Notes under the pieces: generated by a model
What the model saw: the letters and a program-made list of their open reading frames with translations, nothing else
What the model was told of the DNA's origin: nothing
The model's database searches: none
Program-made: the position numbers and the translations under genes
Part shown: in pieces, positions 11,017-24,520 of the stretch
How the letters are laid out: each line of letters begins with the position of its first letter
How positions within the stretch are numbered: the first letter of the stretch is position 1
From: Octopus sinensis
Taxonomy: Eukaryota
Direction: 5' to 3'
NCBI RefSeq assembly: GCF_006345805.1
Contig: NC_043004.1
Coordinates: forward strand, 75,268,001 to 75,332,000
DNA: 64,000 nt

Positions 11017-12506
11017 ATATTTGTTTTGCAAGATTCTTGACGTGAAATCGTGTGTTGAAACACATATTGTTATATTTAGGTATGGTCATTTTGCCAGTTT
11101 AGCCAATAAAAACACACGCACTACATATTTGGTGTTAATTTGCTTCAGCTTTATTTATTTTTTACATTAATCTTAATCTTATTTCGGCCAGAGTTCTTTC
11201 GTCACAGTTCTGTGACCTCATCAGTGGTTCTATGTTTTCTTCTTTCTTATTTGTGTGTCACTCCTTACTAACGATCAGCCATTTTGTATTTTGTATTCTT
11301 ATTGTATGTCTTTATTTGCGCATGCGTATACCCCCATGTGTGTGTATGTTTAGTTAGTGTGTGTGTGTGGTGGGGGGGGAAATGCCTGTATTATCTGTAT
11401 CTCCTGTTTATACACGTTCGCGTAATTTGTTCTTGTTTATTTTGTTCATGTGTTTATACCTACTTATTATTTATTTTGTATTTAATTAAATTAATTTTTT
11501 AAAAAATTTTGTTAATGTATATAGTTATTTAATTCCATTTGTTTACCTGTGTATTTTATGTTTTTTTATGTTTTGTATATATTGTTATCAGTTTATGGGG
11601 ATCTTATTCTGTCATATGTTGTGGTGTGTTGGGGGTGGGTGCTAGTGTTCCATTCTAGTTTCCTCTTCAGGCTAGGTTTATTTTCTATTATGTGTGTAGC
11701 TTCTGTAATTTGTCTGATTGTTGCGTCTGTTCTATGTGTGGACAAAATTTTAATTTCTATGTTGTTGAGTGAGCCCCCGTGTTCCTGCTCAGCATGCTGG
11801 TACAGAACCGATGAGCTCTTTTCTTCTTTAAGTTCTCTCCAATCTTCATTTACCCATTCTCCTATGCTCCGTGCCGTTTCTCCTACGTGCGTCGTTGTCT
11901 TGTTACTGCATCGTCCCTCTGTACATCTTATACTATAGACTACATTTCTGGCTTTACAGTTTGTTTGTGGGCTAAATCTACATACAGTACAGTTTCTATC
12001 AGTACAGGGGGTTCTACTAAAAGAGTAGGTTCTAGCGATTAGGGATTTGATAGGGTTGCCTGGCCTTTCAACAACCTTGATCCTTAGCTTACGTTTGTTT
12101 AGGGCCCTTCTAAAGCAGCACGCCAGTTCGCCTCTAGGGGTGGTGTCGAAGATCATGACGCTCTGGTATTTGTGGCTATCATACCAAGATTTGGCCTTCC
12201 CGATTTTCTTCTTAGTCCTTTCAACAGTGTTCCATGACTTGCTCCTATAGGAGTCTATAGTATAAGATGTACAGAGGGACTATACAGTAACAAGACAACG
12301 ACGTATGCAGGGGAAACTGCACGGAGCATAGGAGAGTGGGTAAATGAAGATTGGAGAGAACTTAAGGAAGAGAAGAGCTCATTGCTTCTGTGCCAGCACG
12401 CTGAGCAGGAACATGGGGGCTCACTCAACAACATAGAAATTAAAATCTTGTCCACACATAGAACAGACGCAACAATCAGACAAATTACAGAAGCTACACA
12501 CATAAT
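11017..12506 (-). mobile_element. Penelope-like element family A: GIY-YIG endonuclease region, 3' terminal repeat, and 5' inverted duplication
   Basis: ORF 11593-12156: CTVC…NCKARNVVYSIRC…HVGETARS…LYQHAEQEH…KPSL. 12255-12506 is an inverted copy of ~11690-11942. Confidence 0.88.
11188..11227 (-). ncRNA. Minimal hammerhead motif in the PLE family A terminal repeat
   Basis: Reverse complement reads cca-CTGATGA-g-gtcac(agaact)gtgac-GAAA-gaac-TC-tgg. Confidence 0.6.
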
Positions 12507-12956
12507 ATATATATATCATGAGTGGTTTATTTCTGTCCATGCTAGCTATGTCTCTGCTAGCTTTTAACGATTTCAAATAGAATCCATTCAATTGTAAGAT
12601 TTAATGCTTTTCTCTGACCCCTACATATATGCCTGCTTACTCATCACTTGTCAGCTCTCATTACTATTTGAATAAAGTTACAAAGTTTTGTTTAAAAACT
12701 GCCTTCTGTTATTCATTTACTCATGTTTCTCAAAAGTGCATTTACTGGACTTCTCCATGAACACTTTCATACTTTAAATCACTGACCACTCCCACTACAT
12801 TGGTGGCTTTCTACATTGGTTACATTTTACACTGCAGACGTTTTACACCTTCATTAGGATCATTGTAACTAGGATAAAGGCAATAAATTTATTTTATTTA
12901 CTGGATGTAAACGAATGATTAAAGAATCAGAGAATTGATAAATGTATTTAACTCAC

Positions 12957-13247
12957 GTGATGTACAATTAACTTCATCAGAATTATCATAACAATCATCC
13001 TGCTGGTTACAGACTCTATAATGGCTGATACAGCGTTTGTTTTTGCATTGAAATCTGGAAGGCGGGCATTCTTTTGGTGGTTCAAATTCTGTATGATTAA
13101 TGCATGTTCTGAGATCAGTGTCCAACTTCATACCATACGGACAACCACAATGGCGACCCAGTTCCCCATGGAGAATGTCTTGTGTCATAGGCACAGCGAA
13201 ACAAAAATGAGTACAATCACCATTTCTTTGAATGCATGGATTTGAGG
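12957..13247 (-). CDS. LRP2: LRP2/megalin-like exon (EGF-like domain plus LDLa repeat)
   Basis: cctag|CC TCA AAT CCA TGC…ACA TCA C|gtgagt; 291 nt, phase 1/1; SNPCIQRNGDCTHFCFAVP…CGCPYGMKL…EPPKECPPSRFQCKNKRCI…DDCYDNSDEVNC. Closely resembles, from memory, the megalin segment SNAC…NGDCSHFCFPVP…CGCPYGMRL…EPP. Confidence 0.92.
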
Positions 13248-13715
13248 CTAGGAAGAAAATGGAAAATGAAAAAGAAATGTTAAAAAAAAAATAATACAAA
13301 AGAACAGGATATGATATAAATAATAAATATATTTGAAGCACAAAAGATGCACTTTTTTTTCAAAGAATTGTCACAAAAATTCATCCTGGGTCCTGTATGT
13401 TAAGTTGGGCTTTCGATAAGCTTTACTGTACTAAAATCATTTTGCTTGAACATGCGTTACTGAACTGGGGCATGTAATATACGCATGTGCCTTTTATGCC
13501 ATCAAATATGGTGGGGTTTTAGAGGGTGGAACACAGGGTATCTGAATGAAGAAATGCCCACCTGAAAGAAGATACCCTGAAGTATTATCGTTCAACTGTC
13601 TACACTCAGCAATGTGTGTAATTATAGAAAAGCCTAACGAGAATTTATTTAACCTAGACTTGAGGCTATTCCAATAAACGTTTCCATTGAATGAAACATT
13701 CTATTCTTTTTTTCT

Positions 13716-13900
13716 TTTACTTCTTTCAGTCATTTGACTGGGGCCATGCTGGAGCACTGCCTTTTCGCCAAAGAAATCAAGCTTATTCTTTGTAAACTTG
13801 GTACTTATTCTATCAGTCTTTTCTGCCAAACCGCTAAGTTATGGGGACGTAAACACATCAACGATGGTTATCATGCGATAGTGGGGCCACAGACACAAAC
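13716..13900 (-). mobile_element. 3' domain of the composite tRNA-SINE
   Basis: cagtcatttgactg…gccatgctggagcac…aaacac motif shared with 17001 and 34465. Confidence 0.75.
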
Positions 13901-13922
13901 ACGCACAAGCACACACACAAAG

Positions 13923-13963
<41 letters not shown>

Positions 13964-14071
13964 GGGGGTTTGTTGTATATATATATATGAGTATATATAT
14001 ATGTATATATATGTGTGTATATATATGCGTGTGTATATATATATGTGTGTGTGTGAGTGTATATACATGTA

Positions 14072-14118
<47 letters not shown>

Positions 14119-15146
14119 ATATTATATATATAGAGAGAAACTTAAAGAATTCCAAGCACTATTCACATCCAATTCACGATGGAATATAGCCAGCAACAAC
14201 TCCTCTTCCTCGACATCCTCATTAAGAAATCTAATAACGTAATAGAAACAGATATACACTATAAGCTATTCCAAGCAATATCTACCATTCAATTTATGCC
14301 ACCCCAGACACACCAGAATGAATATCCCCTTCAATCTAGCAAAAAGGATATGTACTATAATTTCTAATGTAAACACCAGAAACACACGACTACAGGAACT
14401 AAAAGATACACTCATCACCAGGAACTACCCACCTTCACTTATTGACATATGCTTTCAACGTGCCCTTCAACTCAACATCCAGGAATTCAGACATCCCAAA
14501 TTAACGAAAAATTTACAACCAAAAGCCCTACCATACATCTCCACACAGCCCTCTCAACAATGAAGCCTTCGACACCATCCTCCAAAACATACCCCTGCTA
14601 AAAAAGGACCACAGAATGAACTTAATCCTCCAAACACACACCATCATAAAAAGCAAGAGACAGCTCAAATCTATGAAAAGTCTCCTAACACAAGCCCGAA
14701 TACACTCAACAACACAGAAGCCATCAGTAAAAAAATGTGGAAGATCCAATTATCTAATTGAGGGATCAGAGTTCTCCTTCAAACAGGGACAACGTTTCAC
14801 AGTGAAAAGCAACTTCACATATGCTTCAGAGAACCTGGGTGTCAAGAACAATACATAGGCCAAACAAAAAATAGTCTACGTAAAAGTATGGCCCTGCACA
14901 GATCCCAGATAAAAATTCCCCAAAACAGAAAAATAGCATTCAGCCAACACATAGACATTTGCGCCAACAACAAAAATCCAAGCTTCAGAATTTTCACAAT
15001 ATATAATATATATATATAATTAAGAGAACTAACATTTATTTATTTATTCAATAGTGAGAGATATTATCTATATTAAATCATATAGAAAATAATATATTAT
15101 AATAAATATTATTCAAAATATCACTAAATTAAATAAACATTAAATT

Positions 15147-15244
15147 GACTGCGCACGTTTCCTGACTATATCTTTAAATGAATAATTATAAAATCGGCAC
15201 TATTAAAATTAATCCTATTTTAAAATATAGCCACTCTTCAGGTC
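15147..15244 (-). ncRNA. Hammerhead motif with mutated cleavage triplet
   Basis: Reverse complement reads gac-CTGAAGA-gtggctatatttt…agatatagtcag-GAAAC-gtgc-GCA-gtc. Confidence 0.55.
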
Positions 15245-16521
15245 TAAAATAATAAAATGAATGTATGTATCTTAACATATAATAATTAACAAATAAAAAT
15301 AGAAATATACACATCGTAACAATAAAATATTAATGAAGAATAAAATCATGACTTATCTTATTGAAGAATACGTTAAACTGGGAACCTAGCCTTGCTAAGA
15401 AATTTATCACGTTAAAACATGACGTAAATAATATTTATAAAATAAATAGATAGAAATATGTATTTTAGCTGTGAAAATAACAATATGTATTTTAACTGTG
15501 AAAATAAGAAATAAACTAGATGTAATATACCATTTACTAGAAAATTGTAAATTATACATACATATGTATAATTCTAAATTATACATACATATATGTACAT
15601 ACCTACATATATATATGTCCCTATAATAATTATCTATATCTATTTGAATGAATTTATATCTATTTTATCTTTAGTTTATTTCATGTATTTTACATATTTT
15701 AAAATATTTAACCATTTTAAAGTATCATTAGCACTACTCCAAAGTTTTAGATAATTAAGTTCATTTAATCTATTAATATATTTATCTAAAATGACCTTAC
15801 TTAATTTACCTAGATCTGATTTACATGGACTTGGTCAGAATAAAAATTATCCTTATAGTCTTTTAAAGTAATTCTATGGTGCATAGGTACATAAGGTTCA
15901 GTTTTATTATCTAACTTATATTTCATCATGATTAATTTAGAGGCCTTATTTATTACTATAAGGAGTATCTTCTGGAAGAATTTTATATTTTTTATTTATT
16001 TATTTCTCTAATAGGTTATCATATAATTTAACATCTAGTTTATACAGATTCTTAGTTTTATCTTCCATATTTCGCATTTCTTTTATTCTAATAGCTAAAT
16101 TTCTTAAATATTCATTATGTCTATTTGGGTATTTATTAATAATAATAGTAGGGAATATAAATTGATGAATATAGATTAATTTATAGAAATGTAGTTTATT
16201 TTATGTATTTTACGTATTTTAGTTTTAAATTATTCAGAAATTACAATTTTTCCAGTAAATAGTATATTACAACTCGTGTATTTTTTATTTTCATAGCTAA
16301 AATATACATTAGTTTCACAGCTAAAATACATATTTCTATCTATTTATTCTATAGTTATTATTTCCGTCATGTCTTCACGTGATAAATTTCTTAGCAAGGC
16401 TAGGTTCTAAGTTTAACGTTTAAAATTTCAGTCAACTGGTATTCTTCAATATGATACGTTATGATTTTATTTTTCATTAATATTTTATTGTTAAGATACA
16501 TACATTTATTTTACTATTTTA

Positions 16522-16604
16522 GACCTGAAGGGTGGCTATATTTTTAAATCGAATTAATTTTAATAGTATCGATTTAAAGATATAGTCAGGAAACGCGCGT
16601 AGTC
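16522..16604 (+). ncRNA. Hammerhead motif with A9G core change
   Basis: gac-CTGAAGG-gtggctatattttt…aaagatatagtcag-GAAAC-gcgc-GTA-gtc. Palindromic ACGCGCGT stem III. Confidence 0.55.
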
Positions 16605-16739
16605 AATTTAATGCTTATTTAATTAAGTGATCTTTTGAATAATATTTATTATAATATATTAAAAAATTTTCTATATGATTTAATATAGATAATATCTTTC
16701 ACTATTGAATTAGTTAGAGGTTATTTCTCTTAATTATAT

Positions 16740-16833
<94 letters not shown>

Positions 16834-16837
16834 GAAT

Positions 16838-17190
16838 GAAAGTCTTCTTTCAGTTTCTGACTATCAAATCCACTCAGAAGTCTTTGGTTGTCCTGAGGTT
16901 ATAGTAGACGACACTTACCCCAGATGCCGTACAATGGGACTGAACCTGGAACCACGTTGTTGAGAAGTAAGCTTCTTGCCACACATCCATTCGTGTGCCT
17001 CTTTACTCTTTTTATTCTTTTACTTGTTTCAGTCATTTGACTGTGGCCATTCCTAGTATTTATTCTCTTTGCTAAACCACTAGGTTATGGAGGCGTAAAC
17101 ACACCAGCATCGGTTGTCAAGCGATGTTGGCGGACAAACACAGACACAGAAACGACAAACGTATACACACACATACATATATACATACAC

Positions 17191-17266
<76 letters not shown>

Positions 17267-17436
17267 GTACGACGGGCTTCTCTCAGTGTCCGTCTACCAA
17301 ATCCATTCACAAGGCCTTGGTCGGCCCGAGGCTATAGTAGAAGACACTTGCCCAAGGTGCTACGCAGTGGGACTGAACCCGGAACCATGTGGTTCGCAAG
17401 CAAGCTAACTTACCACACAGCCACTCCTACGCCTAT
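16838..17436 (-). mobile_element. tRNA-SINE head (16838-17000) followed by a full composite SINE (17001-17436)
   Basis: Head, internal (TA)n and conserved 3' domain. The same layout recurs at 34465-34898. Confidence 0.85.
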
Positions 17437-17663
17437 ATGTATATACTTGGGAGATAAGACCCCCCTCAAATGAGTGGAGTGCAGTGTTGAAGGTTACGGA
17501 AGTATGACAGACAGACAGGAGTGAGTGTCTTGTTGAAGACATAAGTACTTAGCTTTTCTGTTGGGAACAAAAAGAGACAGAGAGACAGGGAGAGAGAGGG
17601 GGAAGAGAGAGAAAGTAGGTGCTAGAGAGAAGAGAGTGTGACAGATAACATCTTTTCACCTAC

Positions 17664-17801
17664 CTTCAGTTGTCTGAACATCTTTGTCATATATTCTTAA
17701 ATCCCTTGGGTGCTCCAAGCATTTCGTCAATGTTTCCAATGGAGAATCCCCTGTTTTCTTTGTACGCCCCAGCATAAAATAGCTCAAAAGATACAAATCA
17801 T
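17664..17801 (-). CDS. LRP2: LRP2/megalin-like exon (last propeller blade and linker)
   Basis: ttcatcag|AT GAT TTG…ACT GAA G|gtaggt; 138 nt, phase 1/1; DLYLLSYFMLGRTKKTGDSPLETLTKCLEHPRDLRIYDKDVQTTE. Joins exon 12957 as (A)SNPC. Not in the ORF track. Confidence 0.85.
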
Positions 17802-17939
17802 CTGATGAAAAGATATAGAAATTTGGATCACATTCAACATTTATATTCTTGTTAGTTTTGTAAAATCAGTAGGTTTTATAATATATTTCTTGTGCATTAC
17901 TTTGACAGTATCTGTAACACAGCTGTTAACTCTTTAGTA

Positions 17940-18302
17940 TTTAAACTGGCCATATGGAGGCTATGACCAAAGGGCTATTACGAAAAGGCAATGACCAAAA
18001 TGGCCATACGGAGGCAATGACCAAGATCTTTGGCATTATGTCATGCTTGAGAATAAGACCCATCAAGCTGAGCAAAATCACAGTTGTGCAGATATTGGTG
18101 TCTTGCAAATGGCACTTGTGTTGGTGACGCGTAAAAACACCCATTACACTCTCAGAGTGGCTGGCGTTAGGAAGGGCATCCAGCCATAGAAAACCATGCC
18201 AAATCAGATTGGAGTCTGGTGCAGCCTTCCAGCATGCCAGCCCAGTCAAACTGTCCAACCCATACCAGCATGGACAATGGACATTAAATGATGACGACGA
18301 TA

Positions 18303-18343
<41 letters not shown>

Positions 18344-18345
18344 AA
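17940..18345 (+). mobile_element. SINE with RTE-type 3' tail
   Basis: …ggacattaaat(GAT)n tail; similar to 8330-8712. Confidence 0.75.
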
Positions 18346-18483
18346 TATCTGGTCAAAATATTCCACCTCTTCAAACCACCCAGATTCAGCTTCTCACACA
18401 TACTCTACATCTTTCTAAAATACTCACATCACCTAAATCTCAAAAGTATTAAATGATCCATGATCAATTCAAAATAATCTATT

Positions 18484-18790
18484 AGACTGTGGCCATGCTG
18501 GGGCACTGCCTTTATGAACGTTAGTCAAATAAATTAACCTTAGTATTTATTTTTATTTTAAACCTGGCACAAATTCTATAGGTCTCTTTTGCCAAACTGC
18601 TAAGTTAGAGGCTGTCAAGTAGTGATGGGGACAAACTCAGACACAAAGACAAACACATACACACACACACATGCACGCACTCACACACACAGATAATGGG
18701 CTCCTTTCAGTTTTCATTTACCAAATCCACAGACAAGGCTTTGATCAGACTGAATTCAAAACTTTGTTATTGGGAAGCAAGCTTTTTATT
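18484..18790 (-). mobile_element. Degenerate composite tRNA-SINE
   Basis: gactgtggccatgctgggg…ctaagttag…cctttcagttt…caaatccac. Confidence 0.65.
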
Positions 18791-19094
18791 ACTCAGCGAT
18801 GCCTGTGCCTATGTTAATAAATATTACATTTGACAGAGTAATCTGAATGCTTAAAGGATTAAACTCCTACTGAACTAAGCTTGGAGCCCATGTCTGATTT
18901 CAAGTTACATTTGTTTGACTTAGTATTTGTTAATGCCAAAGTTTCATCTGGCAATTTTCACATTCTGTAATTAAGAGGTTTGATTATTAGTTGACTGGTT
19001 AAAAAAGTCAAGAGCTCATAGGATCGGGTACTTGGTTTCCAAGGCATTCCAGGGATCAGGACCACAAACCTCCTTCTGAAATGACTACCACTCC

Positions 19095-19210
19095 ATTATG
19101 AGTGAACTGGAGCAACATGAAATGAAGTCTTTGCTCATGGACACAATGCATTGTCCAGGCTGAAAATCAAAACCATGGTCTTATAGCCGTGAGTACAACA
19201 CCCTATTATT
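19095..19210 (-). mobile_element. Degenerate copy of the SINE family at 31970
   Basis: gagtgaactggagcaacatgaaatgaag…ttgctca is the reverse complement of 32055-32100. Confidence 0.6.
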
Positions 19211-19239
19211 AGTGAACTCAATTTAGTTTCTGGATCTTC

Positions 19240-20812
19240 GCAGTCACAGCATATCTCCAGAGGTCTCGGTCTTTTGTCATTGCCTCTGTGAGGTCCAACG
19301 TTTGAAGGTCATGCTTGACCACCTCATCCCATGTCTTCCTGGGTCAACCTCTACACCGGATTCCTTCAACTGTTTGGGAGTTGCACTTCTTCACACAGCC
19401 ACATCCGATGTTTCTTATGTCCAACATTTATCTCAGGGCACTTGCACTCTGTCGTGTGTGCACATTGACATTACACATCCAGCGGATCATGCTAGCCTCA
19501 TTTCTTTCGAGCCTACACATGTCCTCCACAGTCATAGCCCATGTTTCACTGCCAAGCATGGCAGTTCGCACACATGCATCATAAATCTACCTTTCACTCT
19601 CAGCGAGAGACCCTTTGTCACCAGTATTGTTAGAAGCTTTCTAAACTTTGCCCAGGCTATTCTTCTTCTAGTGAGCATCCACCCCCACTAGAAACCTGGT
19701 CACCTAGGTAGCAGAAATATAAACCACTTCTATTTTCTCCCCATGGAGTGTGAGGGAATGTGTTTTCTGAGCATCTGTGGTGTTTATTGCCCCTGTGCAT
19801 CTGCCGCACACGAAAGCTATCTTCCCGGTTAATCTGCTTTTGATGTTGCTGCACCTCTTCTGTGTCCATAGCTTACACTGGGTACATCTAATAGAGTTTC
19901 TACCCACACCTTTTCTACAGATCTAGCAGGGCCACCTACCTGAGGGTGTGTGTAGTGTGTTTGCTCTCCTACTTACTAGAACTTTGGTCTTTGCTACATT
20001 GACTCTAAGGCATTTTGATTCTAAACCTTGTTTCCACATCTGAAATTTCTTCTCTAGTTCTGGTAGGGATTCTGCTATGAGGGCCAGATCATCAGCATAG
20101 ATGAGCTCCCAGGGGAAACCCGTCTTGAATTCCTCTGTTATTGCCTGGAGGACTATGATTAATAAAAGGGACTGAGGGCTGAACCTTGGTGGACCCCTAC
20201 TTCTACCTGGAATTCTCCACTATACTCATTGCCAATCCTAACCTCACTAATGGCCTCTCTGTATAGGGCCTGTACAGCCCTTATTAACCATTCGTCAATC
20301 CCCAGTTTCTGCATCGCCCACCAGATAAGGGATCGGGGGACTCTGTCAAAGGTTTTCTCCAAGACCACAAAAGCTAAGTACAGGGGTTTAACTTTAACCA
20401 GGAATATGGCATCAGGGGTGCTTCTACTTGGCACAAAACCAAACTGCATCTCATCTAGGCAGACTCTCTCCCTAATGAGATGGGCTATGACCCTCTCCGT
20501 GACCTTCATCACTTGATCCAGCAGTTTGATATCCTTGTAGTTAATTCTATTTAGAGTATCACTTTTACCCTTGTAGCAGTTGACTATGGTGCTGCTACAC
20601 CAGTCATTGGGTATGACTCCATCATGAACTACCTGATTTAAAATACGAGTGACTAGGCCATAGCACACACCACCAGATGTTTTAAGCATCTCAGCAGTGA
20701 TTCCTGATGGGCCGGTGGCTTTTTCTGGTTTCATACCCTTAATTGCTTTATCTACCAGGGAGCTATCTATTCGGATAGCTGGTCCCTCTATTGGATCAAC
20801 ATTTGGCAGGCA
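19240..20812 (-). mobile_element. Degenerate RTE-clade LINE fragment
   Basis: MKPEKATGPSGITAEMLK, QFGFVPSRSTPDAIF, VGVHQGSALSP, GRNSIRCTQCKLW. Frameshifts and an internal deletion near 19400. Confidence 0.88.
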
Positions 20813-20835
20813 TATCTATATATTAATATATATAT

Positions 20836-20878
<43 letters not shown>

Positions 20879-21211
20879 ATTTTTGTTTCAAAAAAAGTTT
20901 TTTATACACAATTGCTTGGAAGTGCTCAGGTCAAACAAAAGACACTAGACATTATGGTTTCAGAAGAGACGATATTTAGATAATCATCCTATAGCTATGA
21001 ATTACATCAACATGATAAATATACATAACACAATAAATACACCAACACAAGAAACATATCAATATATTATTTATTATGTAATTCTTACTTCTATTCTAAA
21101 TAATGACATGTTCCTTGTCTTGGTGTATTTATTATGTTGATGTAAATCATAACTATAAGATAATTTACTAAATTTTGTCTCTTCTTAAACCAAGTTATAT
21201 AAAATTCATAT

Positions 21212-24200
21212 ATGTATATTTCGTTTTGGGATTTGGTTTGCACGATTCTTTATGTGAGTTCGTGTATTGAGTTCGCATATTCTGTTGTGTCAGGAGAGAG
21301 TGATTCGCTTTTTGTGCTTTATAATTTAACGCACTCACCGGTAAAATTTCCACTTCTTTCTATTTTTTTAATTTTCTAAAATTTCCGTTGCATCTTGCAA
21401 CCTTTTCAATAGTCTTGACTCTGTCTGTTATTTACACTGCGTTCCTCTTTGTTTGTTTGTGCGCATGTGTGTGTGTATGTATACATGCATGTATGTATGT
21501 ATGTATGTATGTATGTATGTATGCATGCATGCATGTGTATGCATATATGAGTGTCTGTGCATATGTATATATGTGTGTAGTGTGTGCATTTGTATGTATG
21601 TATTCTGCATATTCATGTGTTTGCGTGTCCACATGTGTGTTTTTTATGTGTGTGTGTGTGTGTATGTTTGTATATGCATGTATGTACCATTGTCTCCTTG
21701 TGTGTGCATGCCTGAGTGTGTGTGTGTGTTTTGCAACTGTGTACCGTGTTTTTATGTATGGATGTGCATCTCCATATGTGTTCTTGTGTGGAGTAAAGTG
21801 TGCGTGTGTATATATGGTCATGCGTTTCAGTCTTCATTTGCGTATGTGTGCTTGCCTTATCATATAACCTATCTACCTACCCGTCTGTATGTTGATCTGT
21901 TTATTTTCATATCCATATGCTTACATACATGTGCATATACATATACATATAGGGAAAAAATTCACGAAAAAAACAAAAGACAAAGACAGGTGGTGTAGAC
22001 AACAAACAGATGTATTAGTATAACGCTCGGGAAGTGAAAAAGACTTTAACATTTCGAGCCTATGTTCTTCCACAGAAAGGAACACAGAAAGAAACAAGGA
22101 GGGAAAATAAAGAATGTGTAGTGGCTAGCGATCTATCATGGCAAATGCCGGACAGAAAGGTCACACAGGAGAGCTAGGGAGAAGGGGAAGTAATAAAGTA
22201 GCGATGATCCCAAAACGAAGGTGCGTGTGCGTTGTATAAGAGAGTTTGTATATGCCTGTGGAAAAGGGGTGGTGATCTTGACGTGTGCATGCGTGTATGT
22301 GTAGGTGTGAGGAGGAAAGATGTGAGGAGAGGAGGTTAGATGAAGAGGGAAGGAAAGTTGAACCCATGTAGCACAAAAGAGCGAAGAGAAAAAATTAATA
22401 CCTGTTCACGGCGCAAACGGGAGTCCGGATGGCCCATTGTGCAAGGACAATCCGAACACATGTGCGTGCACACACATATACACACATACATACATCAATC
22501 TACATAACAGCCCACTAACTACTCTACCTGTGTAAACTGTGGGTATGGGGGTATAATATCTACTATGTATAGTTCCTATTAGGTTTGGAGGAAGTTTCAT
22601 TTATGAGGACGTACTCCCGTATTTGCTTGAGTGTTGGGTCTTTTGGGTCTTTCGGGTGCTTGGATAAGATGCAGATGTCAAGTTGACCCAGGCTGCCTCC
22701 ATGTTGGTCTTTGGCATGCTGGTAGAGTATGGAGGACTGTTTTTTGTCGTCACATTGTCTCAAATGTTCATTTAGTCATTCCGCAATGCTCCTAGATGTC
22801 TCCCCTATGTATGTAATGGTTCATGTCTTTATAAGCACCTTCTATGCATCTTATGCTGCAAACTACATTTCTAATTCTACAGTTAATGCCAGGTTTAATT
22901 CTACATACCATGCAGTTATCACTGCTGCATATGGTGTTCTCAAAGGGGTACGTCCTACATAGTTGAGATATGGCGGAGTTCCCTGGTTTTTCAACAATTT
23001 AATATTGAGTTTGATCTTCTTCAGAGCTTTTCTAAATCTACAGGCTAGTTCTCCATGAGCTGTGGCCTCTACAAACATCACTCCTTGATATTTGTCGGTT
23101 TTATACCACATGTTCGCCCTGTTTGCTTTGTCACAAGTTCTTTGTATCATATTCCAGTCTTTGTTTGTATATCTAGGGCAGGTACCACTGGTATCATTAC
23201 GTATAATGTTATCTAATTTTAGCACCCCTATATACTCGAACCCTATCTTTCTGATCATATCCAGAGAACTGTATACGGTGCATGAAGTTCCGTATATATT
23301 TTTTCATTTCATAGGGTTCGCATAGTGGAGACACGTTGTTCATTGTCCTAACTAAGTCTGCTATCAGTATGTCAGTTTTCATGTTGTATGACAAAGCTGA
23401 GTTCTTGTGAACAACATATTTTGAAGTTATGGGTTTCATGTAATAGTGGAGGAGCTGCACTCCATTGTTCACAATCTGTAACCAATGTTCAGTATCAAGT
23501 ACAGGGAGTCTATTGTTGAGGTGCTTGGTGGGGTAATCTATAGCTACCTTGATACTTTGGCGGGTGTAGTTAGCTTCTTGCTGGATGCTCCTCATTACGT
23601 TCCTCTCAGTCTCTATACCACCGTAACTAGAATTGGTCCTAACTATGATATTAATGTTATCTACATATCTACTGTAGAGTTGTGGACTGTTCTGCTAAAC
23701 TTTACTTAAGTTTTCTGTCCCGCCAGGTCATGAAGAGTGCGACCACATCTCCAGCTGCACCGACACCGATGGCTGCACGTTGAACCTGCATGTCTTTTTG
23801 TTAAACTTTACTATGTGATTCCTTAAGGTGGTTTTTACACTGGCCCCTTGAAGAACTACATATACAAACACACACACACGTGTGCACACACACATACATA
23901 AAAACACATGAACGTGGACATGCAAACACATGAATGTGCAGAATACATACACACACACATACATACATACATACACACATACATACATACATACATACAT
24001 ACACACATACATACATACATACATACATACACACATACATACATACATACATACATACACACATACATACATACATACATACATACACACATACATGCAT
24101 GTATAGGCAACACACACACATGTGCACAAACAAGCAAAAAGGAACGCAGTGTAAGTAACGGACAGAGTCAAGACTATTGAAAATGTTGCAAGACGAAATG

Positions 24201-24297
24201 AAAATTTTAGAAAAAAGAAAAAACAAGTGGAAATTTTACCGGTGAGTGTGTTAAATTATAAGGCACAATAAGAAAATTACTCTCCCGAGACACAACA

Positions 24298-24299
<2 letters not shown>
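21212..24299 (-). mobile_element. Penelope-like element family C: degenerate thumb/GIY-YIG with terminal repeat and 5' inverted repeat
   Basis: Minus-strand peptides [50 protein letters not shown]. ~21283-21700 is inverted at ~23870-24299. Confidence 0.8.
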
Positions 24300-24341
<42 letters not shown>

Positions 24342-24434
24342 ATCTATGTATGTATGTATTCACACATATCAGGTGATCACAACTCTCTCGATACAACATG
24401 TTATGTTAAAGGTAACAAACAGTGCAATACTGAC

Positions 24435-24520
24435 CTCCATAAACAAAAATCCTTACAGGGGTCCTAAGTGTTATGCCAAGAGTTTGAACATTATTTCCAT
24501 CTAGATCTGACCGTTGGATC
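24435..24520 (-). CDS. LRP2: LRP2/megalin-like exon (propeller)
   Basis: ttttcatag|G ATC CAA CGG…TAT GGA G|gtcagt; 86 nt, phase 2/1; (R)IQRSDLDGNNVQTLGITLRTPVRIFVYG(D). Not in the ORF track. Confidence 0.88.

Larger units (their letters stand above)
14137..16735 (+). mobile_element. Penelope-like element family B: degenerate RT thumb and GIY-YIG, AT-rich 3' region, inverted copy
   Basis: Peptides [32 protein letters not shown] and YIGQTKNSL (…tacataggccaaacaaaaaatagtcta). ~15020-15560 is inverted at ~16200-16735. Confidence 0.8.

Noticed and set aside
13534-13579. 10-bp inverted repeat CAGGGTATCT/AGATACCCTG resembling a tiny Tc1 MITE
   Set aside because: Single copy, no TA target duplication, and plausible by chance.
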